Positions 1-11,391 of a stretch of 64,000 bases of DNA are shown piece by piece. The position numbers and the translations under genes were made by a program. The stretch's first letter is position 1. Each line of letters begins with the position of its first letter. Location: assembly GCF_001194135.2 (NCBI RefSeq), contig NC_068982.1, positions 164,606,313 to 164,670,312 of the forward strand. The letters are read 5' to 3'. The notes beneath the pieces are model-generated. The model made no database searches and was not told the origin of the DNA. It saw only the letters and a list, made by a program, of their open reading frames with translations. The DNA is from Octopus bimaculoides. Taxonomy: Eukaryota.

Positions 1-52
<52 letters not shown>

Positions 53-576
53 TATCCATATATATGTATATGTAAATGTATGTATATGTGTATGTAAGTA
101 CTGTAAGGTAATGTGATGTGTTGATTAATGGAAATGGTAATTTTTATTCCGGTTTTCGGCATTTAAATGATTGTGTTTAGCCATTCATTGAAGTGGTGAG
201 AAAGTTTCATTAATGCAGCATAAACAGCAAGCATGACGTAATATATTTTAACATAACATGCTGTTTCTTGTCTGGTCTCGTTATAGGTTATTGATTATAA
301 GCAGATATTTACAAAACTACTCACATATGCAAATTGTATGCGTGTGAGTCAAAAGAGTTCGGCTAGGAACAATTGAGGTATGAGTATCTGGTACAGGAGA
401 ACTGAACATGCATTCATACATACATACATACACATACATACATACATGCATGCATGCATGCATACAAGCATATATATATATGTGTGTGTATGTATATATG
501 TATATACATTCATATATACATATACACATACATATATAGACAAATATATATGTGAGAATGTTTACACTTTCGTGTG

Positions 577-617
<41 letters not shown>

Positions 618-632
618 ATATCTATCTATCTA

Positions 633-660
<28 letters not shown>
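1..660. repeat. Compound microsatellite block: (TA)n, (TACA)n, (TATC)n, (TGTC)n
   Basis: Directly visible: (TA)n at 1-48, TACA/TGCA repeats ~410-560, (TATC)n ~578-632, (TGTC)n ~633-660. The ORFs called here are repeat translations. Confidence 0.9.
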
Positions 661-663
<3 letters not shown>

Positions 664-800
664 GCTCTTTACGCTTTGAGTTCCCTTACAGCCGAGGTCA
701 ACTTTGACTTTCATCCATTCGGTACGATAAAAAAAACACCAGAAAAAGCAGTCAGTACTGGGATCAATGTAATCGACTTCCCCTCTCCCCTCAAGATGGT
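661..800 (+). mobile_element. Degenerate tRNA-derived SINE body (same family as 1135-1372)
   Basis: gccgaggtcaactttgactttcatccattcgg...gtactgggatcaatgtaatcgact aligns by eye with the internal part of the SINEs at 1135 and 61423. Confidence 0.7.
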
Positions 801-1134
801 GACATTGAACCCTACAACTGACCTGCGTCACTTTGATCACGTATGTTGGGATCTCGGTCACATGTACTCCCTGGAAAATGGATAACCAGCTTTGGGAGTA
901 TTAGTTCTTTTACGTTTCGAGCCTACTCTCTTTAACAGACAGGAACACAGAAATAAAAATATTCAGAATCAAATAAAAACACAACAAACGGAAAATATGA
1001 ACAACTTATATATATAATTTTAAAAGAAACCTGTAGTAAATACACGAACGAGCATATACGAAATACACAGGCGAACAGAGAACATAGAAGGCCACCAATT
1101 TTTGATCAGTTATCGACCAGAGGAGTAAAAAAAA

Positions 1135-1372
1135 GGCGGCGGCAAGCTGGCAGAAACGTTAGTACGCCGGACGAAATGCTTAGCGGTGTTTCGTCTGTCT
1201 TTTACGATCTGAGTTCAAATTCCGCCGATGTCGACTTTGCCTTTCATCCTTTCGGGGTCGATTAAATAAGTACCAGTTAGGCATTGGGATCGATACAACC
1301 GACTTAATCCGTTTGTCTGTCCTTATTTGTTCCCTCTTTGTGTAGCCCCTTGTGGGTAGTAAAGAAATAAGA
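1135..1372 (+). mobile_element. Near full-length tRNA-derived SINE (Octopus-type, 'ggcggc..gctggcagaa' head)
   Basis: tRNA-like head with A-box-like gctggcagaaacgttag and B-box-like gagttcaaattcc, followed by gtcgactttgcctttcatcctttcggggtcgattaaataagtaccag. Homologous copies at 61423 (+), 14218-14432 (-), 53505-53800 (-), 35633 and 36428. Confidence 0.85.
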
Positions 1373-1402
1373 GGAATCAAAAACAATTTCAGCAATTATC
1401 GA

Positions 1403-2144
1403 TAATATTCTCTACAAATATACCTCGGACTACATAGATTCCGAGGACATAGGAATTGGGGTGGGGTGGGGCTGATTGGGGGTTACCTTTGAGACCTGTT
1501 CCTCACTCGGGGGTGTTTCTGAACAAGTCATCCATATTTGTTTCATTTTCTCCGTTTTGTGCGTTTGTGCATCCGTAAATTGATACTGAAGGCAAATGAA
1601 ACCCTCACCAGAAAACTCGTTATGCTAAAAATAACAACTAAACGTCTGGTACACAGAAATTTGTAACTATGACGACTTATCTGGGATCTAATCTTTCTCA
1701 TTGAAACAAATTAGATCCCTTAGTTTCATATGATTTTTTAAAATTCACCTTCAATAAATTCCCGTGTAAACGTTTCTAATAGAAATAGAGAAGACACCAG
1801 AAGCAGAAATAAGGAATATACACGCACAGTTAAATATAGAAGTGTAAAGTATAATTTGTTACATAATCTCTATAATAAACATATTGCATGGAATAAGTCC
1901 CCCTTTGAACTTTTCTAATTACATGTGTGTCTGTGTGTGAGTGTGTGTGAGTGTGTGTGCGTGTGGTAGAAATCTACGAATGCACAAATGCACAAAACGG
2001 AGAAAATGAAACATGGACGACTTGTTCGAAAACACCCCCGGGTGGAGAATAGTTCTCAAAAGTAACCTTCAATTATTTTCCTCGAAAATTCCTTTGTCCT
2101 CAGAATCTACATAGACCGAGGTATATTTGTAGAGAATTTCATTA
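1403..2144. mobile_element. Non-autonomous DNA transposon / MITE with ~170-bp terminal inverted repeats
   Basis: 1407-1580 (attctctacaaatatacctcggactacatagattccgaggac...ttttctccgttttgtgcgtttgtgcatccgta) is the reverse complement of ~1972-2137 (tacgaatgcacaaatgcacaaaacggagaaaatg...ctacatagaccgaggtatatttgtagagaat). No ORF inside; TSD not resolved. Confidence 0.8.
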
Positions 2145-2814
2145 AAAAAATATCCATTTTCTTGAATGTTAAAACGAATTGAAGTGGACTCCGGTAAATT
2201 TTAAGAAATGTCCCACCCCACTCCCCCCTAAAGCACTTACCCCCAAAATATTGTATATTCGGAAACTACATGATATAACACATAATCGAAGAAATTTAAT
2301 TAAAACAATATCCATTCTTCTGAAAGTTATGATCATCCGAAGTCAGGTGGGGGGCAGAAATCTGTACTTATGCAAATTTTTCTACAATATCAAGGTCAGC
2401 CAAAAGAATGTCACTGTCCAGGGGAAAGAGAGATAGCTGCAGAAAGGGAAACATGCCGACAAACGAACAGACTGTGCACTACAAAAGTCAGAGCATCTCA
2501 AAGTGATGAACAGAGGCATGCACGACTGACAAGGAATAGGATCTCCACACATACATACATATATACATACATTCATATGCGTATACACATGCACATTGAC
2601 GCACACACGTGCGCACAAACAAACAAAAAGAACGCAGCTCTGATAACGGACAAAGTCAACGACTATTGAAGAGTTCGCAAGATGCAACGAAAATTTTAGA
2701 AACAATGAATAAGTAAATGATTGGAAATCAAACAGGTGAATGTGGTAAGTAGTAACGCACTAAACGAGAATGACTCTCATCAGACACAATAATATATACA
2801 TATATATACATCTG

Positions 2815-2997
2815 TGTGTGTGTGTGCACGTGTGTGTGCCTGTGTGCCTGTGTGCCTCTATTTGTGTTTGTCCCCCACCAGGTTTCAAAGTAAAATAAGT
2901 ACTGGAATCGATTCATTCGCCTAAAACAAATTCTTCAAGGTGGTGTCCCAGGATGGCCGTAGTATAATGACTGAAACATGTAAAAGATAAAAGATAG
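2815..2997 (+). mobile_element. 3' portion of a CORE-type SINE (family of 23091-23530)
   Basis: tgtgtttgtcccccacca...aaataagtactgg..tcgattcattcgcctaaa...ggtggtgtcccaggatggccgtagtataatgactgaaacatgtaaaagataaaagata matches the 3' half and short tandem tail of the 23091 SINE. Confidence 0.75.
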
Positions 2998-4040
2998 TTG
3001 TTTTAGTAATTCTGCCGAAAATTTCTAAAATGAAGGAAATATTGCTATATATGATTACTGCACATTTAGGAAGTTTTTAGAATTACGTTATTAGAAAACA
3101 AAACAATTAGATATGTGAATTCTATGCATTTTTCAATAATTCCTTAAATTCAGATTCCTCATCCTACCAAATACTATGCAGAAAGGATTATCTCCCTTGT
3201 AATAACTGCCACCACTAGAGAAAAATTCACGTAATTGAAAATCAATTGAAATTACCTATTTTCATTACCTGTATAGCTTAATTATATAGTTAAAGAGGTA
3301 ATTATGTTTATTTCTAATGAAATAGCTATTGAAATTAATTAGATTGATATATTTGTGAAATTTATGCTTTTCTGAATAGAAATGCATACATATGTGCATA
3401 TATATAAACACACACAAACCCGTGCGCACACGCACACACATACCGACACATGTATATTATATATATCCTTACCTTTTCATCGCATTTGTGCAACAGAAGG
3501 CGTATATCTGAGATTCGAGAGCTAGTGTATATGTATAAAAAAATATTGGCATGTTATTCTGTAAGAATTACGTTTCTGTCAGTCCAAAGCACCAACACAC
3601 ATTTAATCTCAATTTAACATACCTCAGTTAAGATGCTAATGCCCGAAGGATAGATAAAATAGTTTTATATCTCCCAGCTCATAAAATAAATTGGTTTTGA
3701 TCTTGGTGAAAAAAAAGTTATTACCTTTAAAATCGTGCAGATAATATTTGGAATCGCAGTGTCTCTGGTTGTAAGTTACTTCACTTTATTCATGTTATTA
3801 ATGCTAACGGAAATAGTTTAGAAACCATAATTTCATCATAACGTCATCAAGACATGTCTTCCCAGACATGAGAATGTAATGTATAACCAGTACACTGACA
3901 TATGGATTAGAAAAGGGCTATATAAACATACTGGCATGCACTCTTTAAGATACATAAATACATACATACATACTTATATACATATATATATATATATAAA
4001 TATATGTAAATGAATGTATATACATATATATATACATATA

Positions 4041-4100
<60 letters not shown>

Positions 4101-5079
4101 TGCGTCTGCATCCTACACACATATACTTAGATACATATATACGTACGTACATAGATATATATATATACATGTATGTATATATATGCAAATGTGTGCGCTT
4201 GCGACAGATTAACCGATTGCCCGAAGATTGCCCGAACTGAAATGCAACAATAACTGCCCAGAATGATCCTTAATAAAAGTATATTCAAAGCAGTGGAAGC
4301 GGGTGGCATCTCTCGTGAAAAGCTATTATTTTTCATGTAAGAACTTAATTTGGTAGCCACTACGTTTATAGAAGTTTAAAGTCTAATGCATTTTGCTACA
4401 TATAAGCACTCAATAGTATTATATTTTAAAATTCAAATGTGTAAATGTTATGCATCTAAATCATACGTTTTAAATAAGATGTTAGGATTAAAATGATCGT
4501 TAACAGACTTCCATATCTTTTAGTATATTCATCATCATTGGAGTACTTTAATTCTTGAAAAATTTAAAAAATAAATTGAGGTCAGAGAATTATGAATTGG
4601 TAAGCATCCCATGGAAATAAAAGCATTATCGTAACGTATGGGAAACGGTATGCTCAACAGATGTACATATATATATATGTACACGGGTAATGGAATAGAA
4701 ATACGTTCACCGAAATTAAATCTCGTTAAAAGTTAGAATAAACCGAATTTGATAGGATAATAGATCTGTTCCCATCAAGCTTTAGAAAATTTTAATATTT
4801 TCATATCAATTTGCTCGATGTTTTTGCTTTCGTTTCCCAACAGAGTCATAAGTATGTTACGAGGGAACCAATGTTTGAGTATGCTACATAAATTTGCTCA
4901 TTAACAAAACAGCATTCCACCAGATGCAGCCTAGAAATCGTCAGGGATTATCCTTCCGATGTATTGGTAGACATGACATGATATTAGGTATTCAGGAACC
5001 GTTTCTTAAGTTGAATTAGCTCATCTACTTTTGTGTATATAGCCAGATTAGTATAGTTTGTACTATGTAGAATAAACTT

Positions 5080-6800
5080 AGCAATTGGATTTGTACTAAA
5101 GCAAATCCAGAACTGGTGTAAATGATATAACAGCGTTATTGGGGAAACTTTCATTCAGCTGACGTCAGTGTGGCGGTACGTCCTAAGGTTCGACGAGTCT
5201 TAAATTCTTGTCGAATGGTGAAATTGTTTTCCATTATGTAAACAGTGTCCACTGATTTTTATGTATGAATATATCCTGCAAGAGCTAACAGTTGATGCTG
5301 TAGAGACAAGCATAATTTTTGTGTAGGCATTAGTTTGTTAGTTAATGTTGTTTTGCGCTTGGAGACCCTTGACCTATCAGTTTCGTAGCTATCATAACCA
5401 TTAAGCTTATAGAAGGTCGCAGTCATGGCGCCATTACCACTGTAAGAAAAGCTTCCTTCTCTAATTTGTGAGAAAGTCTGGACATGATGGGAGGGTTGAT
5501 GTCCAATTAGATTGGCTCTTATGCTTGGAGACAGTTTGAAGATTTTCAAATAATCACGGTTTATTTCAGTGAGTAGGGTCTAATGGAGGTCACGTTGAAT
5601 ACTGTTTCTATCTGTGATCTAGATGGGGTGTCCCATGTAGTGATATTATAGATCCCTTGTAACCCATAGTGCATTCATTCCTGGTAACCATTTGCCATCT
5701 GTTAAAAACCTATGACGTTCTGAACATTAGCAATGTTACCCAACAAGTGCATTATTTGTACGTAAGTCCAAGTTGAGTTCGAAAGCAGAATTTGTAGTAC
5801 AGCTCCCAGAAAACTGCAAAAGTGTTAGATTTATATTGACGGACTTTTAGAAGCTATACAACTGACTGTAAATATCCTTCTTTCCGTTGCACCATTGATA
5901 CCAAACAATCAAATTCGAGCATTCCAAAATAACAGAATAGACTGCCTTTTTTGCTTACAGTGAATTTGGACTGATTATCATTGATATATGTTAATAAACT
6001 ATCGAAAATACATGATGGAATTTTAAAACTGCTGTTGCCAAGTTATTGATTTCAGTGTAGTTAAGATGGAGGCTGTCTTATTTTTAAAGTTTCAGGCCAT
6101 TCATATCATTGACTTTTGCGAGGAAAGTTGAATCTGGGCACCCTATATCCATGCTAGGGTGCCTCTCAGAAGATTGAGGCTTAAGATCTTCGGCGAAATC
6201 ATCACTATAGTTTGGCTTAAAGCTGCAGCTGATTGTATGTGTTATAGCATTTCATCAGTATTATGATAAAAATACTAAAACTCTTGGCCATATAGCCGAC
6301 ATAAGCATCTGTTCTGCAGCCCAAAGGAAACCACCGCCAGCAATTTAAGCATAAACCATGTTTTATATTGCAACTTTTCACACTCACTTTTCGAAGATCT
6401 TGAAGTAAACTTGAAATTCATACATTAGGGTAAAGTCGTACAGAGAAATATCTATGTTGACCGGCCTGAACAGCATATTTTCTACCAATAGCACTGTCAA
6501 AACTTACGCCATGCTGGCTTTCAATAGGAGCACCTTTTTTGTTAATATCCAATGATTGTTGTTCGATATATAGCAAACTGGAACCTGACGGCACAGTAAC
6601 GTCTATGCAGCATTGTGCCACTTGGTCTTTATATTTGCTGTGCCAGCAGTAGTTTAAGCTAAGTAGGCCTGTTTGCTATTTGCATGAGGACAGCAACTTG
6701 TTGAAAGCTGGAGTAACTTTGTAAGTGCAAAACAAAATGTAAAGATGTCTGAGAGTATCGTTGCTGCAGATGATTTGTAATTTTTCGGAATTAGTTAACT
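5080..6800 (-). mobile_element. Probable highly decayed CR1/L2-group LINE (ORF1 esterase-like remnant followed by endonuclease/RT-start remnants)
   Basis: Minus-strand translation across stops and frameshifts gives K*DSLHLNYTEINNLA (~6020-6075; resembles the DGLHLN..G...LA SGNH motif of CR1-group ORF1), then PPLDPTH and NLIGHQPSHH..FYKLN (resembling APE-domain EPTH/HPSLH segments) and ESFPNNAVISFTPV near 5110. All matches are weak and made by eye. Confidence 0.35.
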
Positions 6801-7599
6801 TCATTGCAGCCGATGTTTTTAGTTGGAATAGAACAAGGCAACATGAGTTTCTATGATGACATACTTAATGAACTTTTTTGAATGTTATAACTCGAATTGG
6901 TGTGTACATTAAATATATTAGCCGTGAGTATGGGACTGCATGTTTGTTGTCACTTCCATGCTCTCTTACTATGGACTGGAAACCTACACTTCCCAGTATC
7001 TTCTGTAAGAGTGCATGCCATCTTCACTTGTTCCCAAACATCTTTCTGTGTTCCTCAAAATGTTGGAATGTCATACCGTCCACTCAGTATTACAGTGTAA
7101 TTACTATATCAGCACAGACACGACTTTCAACACAGTCTACGCGTACTCTCGTACTCTACGTAATCTCATAATACTGGCCGACTCATTCCACTGACTCATT
7201 CCACTTCTCATTCCACTCATCACGTGGAAGTGGTGTACCATTATTACTAATTCCCTACAACATCACTCCTTTTAAGTTTTTCTTAGGAAGTGTTATTTTA
7301 TTTAGCAATAATTTCTTTCATACCCCCACCTCCCTTTTTGGAGTTTATTTTTCTTTTTTTTTCGTACAATTTTATATTTATTTTCTCTTGGCATCGATTG
7401 TTAGGAACTGTATGTTTTCTTTTCCTTTCACTTGTACGCCTAGGTTCAATCGCCTGCAGTAGCGTTCATACTTGGAACATATCGTACAACCATTCCACGG
7501 GTTCCTCCAGCTTCTTTGGTTAGCTTTACACGAATCTCTTTTTCAGTTGGTTCCTGTGTCTCTTTTGTATGCCTTTTCTAACTTTTCCCTAACATCATT

Positions 7600-8030
7600 T
7601 TACCTATGTATTTGGCAATTCGCCCTCTCTTCAGTTCTGTTTACCATTTTTGTATGTCCTGAAATACAACTTATCCCCAACTTTAAAAAATCTTCCTATG
7701 TCTTCTCTGGTATTTTTTCTGCTCTTGTCAGGTAACAATTTATCAAACATTGACTTTATTTTCCTTTTAAAAATCAGCTCCAGTGGTGAGCTACCTGTTG
7801 GTGTATTCGGATTTTGGTGTTCCAGGGTATACATTTTAAAATTATTGAAGAGCTGCATCATCCATGGTTTCCTTATTTGCTTTTCTCAAAGCTCTTTTGA
7901 GGGTATCAACAAAGCATTCTGCCTGTCCATTAGATCTGGGATCGTATGGTGCCATAATTATATGATCTACCGCGAACGTTTCACAAATTTCTTTAAATTC
8001 TTTAGACACAAATTGCATTCTACTGTCATC
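7600..8030 (-). pseudogene. Gypsy integrase remnant (rve core C-terminal half)
   Basis: ORFs 7842..8315 and 7631..7861 contain PYDPRSNGQAECFVDTLKRAL, the typical PYHP.SNGQAERFV.TLK integrase signature, with frameshifts. Confidence 0.85.
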
Positions 8031-8466
8031 AATTACTTGTCTTAAGTATTTGATTTTTTTTTTCAGCAAGCATTCACACTTTATTTCCACACCAAAAGGA
8101 AACCGCCGAAATTTACTATAAGTCATGGTGTGTGTTGATTTGTAACAAATGTGAGTATGTGTGACTACTAAGAAATCGTTCACCCTTGTGAGTTTATTAA
8201 CTTCTTTTCGAAATTGGCTTATCCCCCTCGCCACTCTAATAAAGAGATCTTTTGCCACTGTTGCATTTGCCTTTTGACGACGATTGTCACTCTCACAGAT
8301 ATTACTGTATTCCAAAGTCCTCGATAGAATGTTTCTATCTGGTAGTGTATGACCCCTGGTCGTACAGCGTTATTATTTTCAAAAGGTTGAATTGATATAA
8401 CGTCCACTCAGTATTACAATATAATTACCATATCAGCACAAACACGACTATCAATACAGTCTACAC

Positions 8467-10001
8467 TAGAGTGGAGCGAAAGCTGCAACTTTTGAAATCG
8501 GTAACCAAGAATCAATATTTTGTTGCTGACAAGGGTTAAAAGAAAGGTATATAAGGAACTTTGCGGTTGAATACTTTTTTAGGCTCCGCAGCACAACTGA
8601 AAACTTTGAAAATCGTTATTTTTTTCGAATTTTGGATTTAATGGATTATAAGTTGTAAGGAATACATAGCAGAATGCAAAACAGTAAATATAGTATCCTT
8701 AAGAGGTTGCATACCACGTTTCAATACAATTGACTAATATCTTGACTATAAAGAGAACGAGAGCGTGAACTTCTCTACAGTACCACTGCAACCGTCCTTG
8801 CGTGTGGACGTACGTCGTACCTGTGTGAAGTTTTCTGCTTTGTATCTTGAATTTAGGCCATTCTATTAAAATTAATGATCGTGTTAAATTTAGTGTTGTT
8901 TACATTTAGTGATGACTCATAAGTCATTAACGCGTCAGGATACTGAATACCCAATATTTGGTACTACATGTGATCTTAGCGAGCAGGTTTTACGAACTTA
9001 CAAGGACGTACTAAAATGCTTTATTTGAACGAGAGAAAGAAAAGGATGTAGTTAAGAAAGATCTTTCAATTAAACAAATTGTCAAGATTGTAGCAGAAAA
9101 GATAATTCATTTTTCCAAAAGCACCCATCCCTTGTGTTGCGATTGAGTCCGTTAAACCGAAAATCTTAAACTTTTATCTAAAGTACCGAGCATTACTAGA
9201 ATTTGTGAAAAATAGAAGAAATTTTCTATCATTTCAAACAAAGTGTAATGTGTTTAAAAAGACTTATTTGATATTTCCTGGTGCAAGTGCAACTCCTTTA
9301 AAAACTGCACTTGTAGTAGAGACAAAAATGTTCCACAGAGAAAACAAGATTTTTTACAGGATCAGTGAAAAAATCGAAAAATATCATGGGTAGAATAGAT
9401 CAAGCAGTAGCTAAATAAAGGTTCATTAGAAAGAATCAGCTAGATCACAGTCACATTTCTACGTCAGCAAAGTTTTAAATTTTCGTTTAAATGACTCAAT
9501 CGTAACACAAAGAATGGATGCTTTTTGTGAAAGAAGAATTATTTTCTGCTACAATCGTGACAATTCGTTTATTTTATTTTAATTGTGTGTGTAATGTAGA
9601 CCTCATGTTACACATATATTCGGTGATCTAGTATCAAAGATGATAAAGAAAACGAAGTCGAAAAGTCTATTTATTTCACATAATTTCGAAATTATACGTG
9701 CGTTGTGGAAGATAAAAAAAAAAAAATTCTAGAGCTTGAGATTGTAATAGTCTTGTTTTTAAAGAATTTTGCAAAAGAAAATCGATCCGTAATAATGAAT
9801 GTAAAAATTAAAACGAGGGACGGCAAACATGATTTTTCGCTCATCATTCAAAATTACAAGTGGGCTGCGGCGCTTGAAGGTGTCAAATTCAGAACTTCAG
9901 ATTTTAACACACTTGTTTCTAAAGAATTTCGCAATAAAAAATATATTCTTAAGAACATATTTCGAAAGTCTATGTAAAAGTACCTTTTTCGTTCCATCCT
10001 A
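8467..10001. mobile_element. Non-autonomous hAT-superfamily-like DNA transposon (~1535 bp) inserted in a Gypsy LTR
   Basis: Imperfect TIRs: left tagagtggagcgaaag, right (reverse complement) taggatggaacgaaaa. Flanked by the 8-bp near-duplication gtctacac (8459-8466) / gtctacct (10002-10009); the unsplit LTR copy reads gtctacgc at 7135-7142. An 8-bp TSD is characteristic of hAT. No convincing transposase ORF. Confidence 0.75.
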
Positions 10002-10914
10002 GTCTACCTCGAATTCTCGTACTCTACGTACTCTCTCGATACTGGCCGACTTCACCTTACTTATAGTGATTTTTCATTCCACTCGTTAAGTGGTAGGGGT
10101 TACCATTATTAGTAACTGAAACCACCGTGTTTCTCACTTTAGATTCTATGGTCTGATTCCGCATCGTAATTTGTAGAGGCTATTATATGAAAATTAGGTG
10201 TTCGTAAGATACTTGTTTAGGGGATTGGGGTAGGTGGGGCGGGAGAGTTGCTTTAAAAATGACTTTATCTGACATTCACGTGTCGCACATTTTTAGATGT
10301 TGAATGTAGATGTGTAGTTAGGATATTAAAAGGTCTTGAGTTTTTCAGTTTGGATTTTCGCTTACAAATAGCGCATTCTGTGATTGGTATCGTTTATCAC
10401 TGACACCGCATACTGTAAACGATTTCTTCTTCAAATATATAGTTAGTTTTGCTGTTACATCCAGACGACATCGAGGCAGCATTACATAAGGTACATCAGG
10501 GCAGTACGATTAGTCTCTGGATCATTGTAAGCATTACAGATAGCGACTGAATAGATTTAGGGATAAAGTGGTATAAAATAAAGTTAGACGACTGGTAACA
10601 AAACAATCACACCTTCATGATATAAAAAGCTTAAAGATATTATTTACTTTAGAAATTATGTTGACAAGAAAATTAAACAAAGAAGTAAAACTTGGTCACA
10701 TGTGCGAATCAAACTGATTACTTAATGGGACGAAACTAAATATGCGAAGTTTCGACTAAGAACGAATTAAATTAAGCTGGCGTATATGGAAATAAGGCCA
10801 TACAGCAGGGATACAAGATTTCACAGGCACAGGGAGGAATAACGAAGTTGCACGCACACCGGCCGGCCAAGAAAGAAAGGTCAGGCTTGGCCGAACATCG
10901 CTGACGTAGAAAGA

Positions 10915-10916
10915 GA

Positions 10917-10965
<49 letters not shown>
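10915..10965. repeat. (AG)n microsatellite
   Basis: Directly visible. Confidence 0.95.
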
Positions 10966-10966
<1 letters not shown>

Positions 10967-11235
10967 CAGAGGGGTAAAAGAATTAAGGATGGGCAAGAAA
11001 AAATGATAGGGACACAGTGAAGTGAAAAGTGGAGGGAAAGTGAGCAAGAAAAGAAAGCAAGGAAATGTGAGTGAGGGGGAACGAAAGAACGAACAGTGCA
11101 ATGAACGAATAAGGGTGAAGGGGCTGATAGACTGAAATAGAGTCCTTGTTTTTGAATACACTCGCTGCACTCTTCCAAGGAATCTAATGCTCTTAGCTTA
11201 GTTTTTCCTTGGGGCAGAGTATGTATATACGACAC

Positions 11236-11391
11236 GCTTCTTTTAATTTCCGTCTACAGAATCCACTCCCCCGGCTTTAGTTGGCCCGAGGCTATAGTAG
11301 TAGAAGATACTTGTCGAAGGTGCAATGCAGTTGAATTGAACCTGAAACCATGTGGTTGGGAAGCAAACTTCTTAGCACAGCCACGCCTGCC
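11236..11391 (-). mobile_element. 5' half of a CORE-type tRNA-derived SINE
   Basis: Reverse complement (ggcaggcgtggctgtgctaagaagtttgcttcccaaccacatggtttcaggttcaattc...gcaccttcgacaagtatcttctactactatagcctcgggccaac) matches the head and core of 23091-23230. Confidence 0.8.

Larger units (their letters stand above)
7055..10127 (-). mobile_element. Collapsed Ty3/Gypsy LTR retrotransposon (5' LTR ~10127-8236 split by a hAT insertion; partial 3' LTR 7262-~7055)
   Basis: Repeat 7069-7255 recurs in two pieces at 8393-8466 and 10010-10115. On the minus strand a PPT (cttaaaaggagtga, 7276-7263) precedes TGTTGTAG at 7262, and a PBS-like tggcgagggggata lies at ~8234-8221. The internal region encodes RT scraps (FRRFPFGV; KCECLLKKKIKYLRQVID) and an integrase core/C-terminus (QFVSKEFKEICETF..HIIMAPYDPRSNGQAECFVDTLKRALRK; SSPLELIFKRKIKSMFDKLLP; FKVGDKLYFRTY). 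Confidence 0.85.

Noticed and set aside
6137-6163. Perfect 9-bp-stem hairpin ggcacccta-tatccatgc-tagggtgcc as a terminator or Helitron end
   Set aside because: No U-tract and no CTRR terminus at the proper distance; a single short hairpin is unremarkable.
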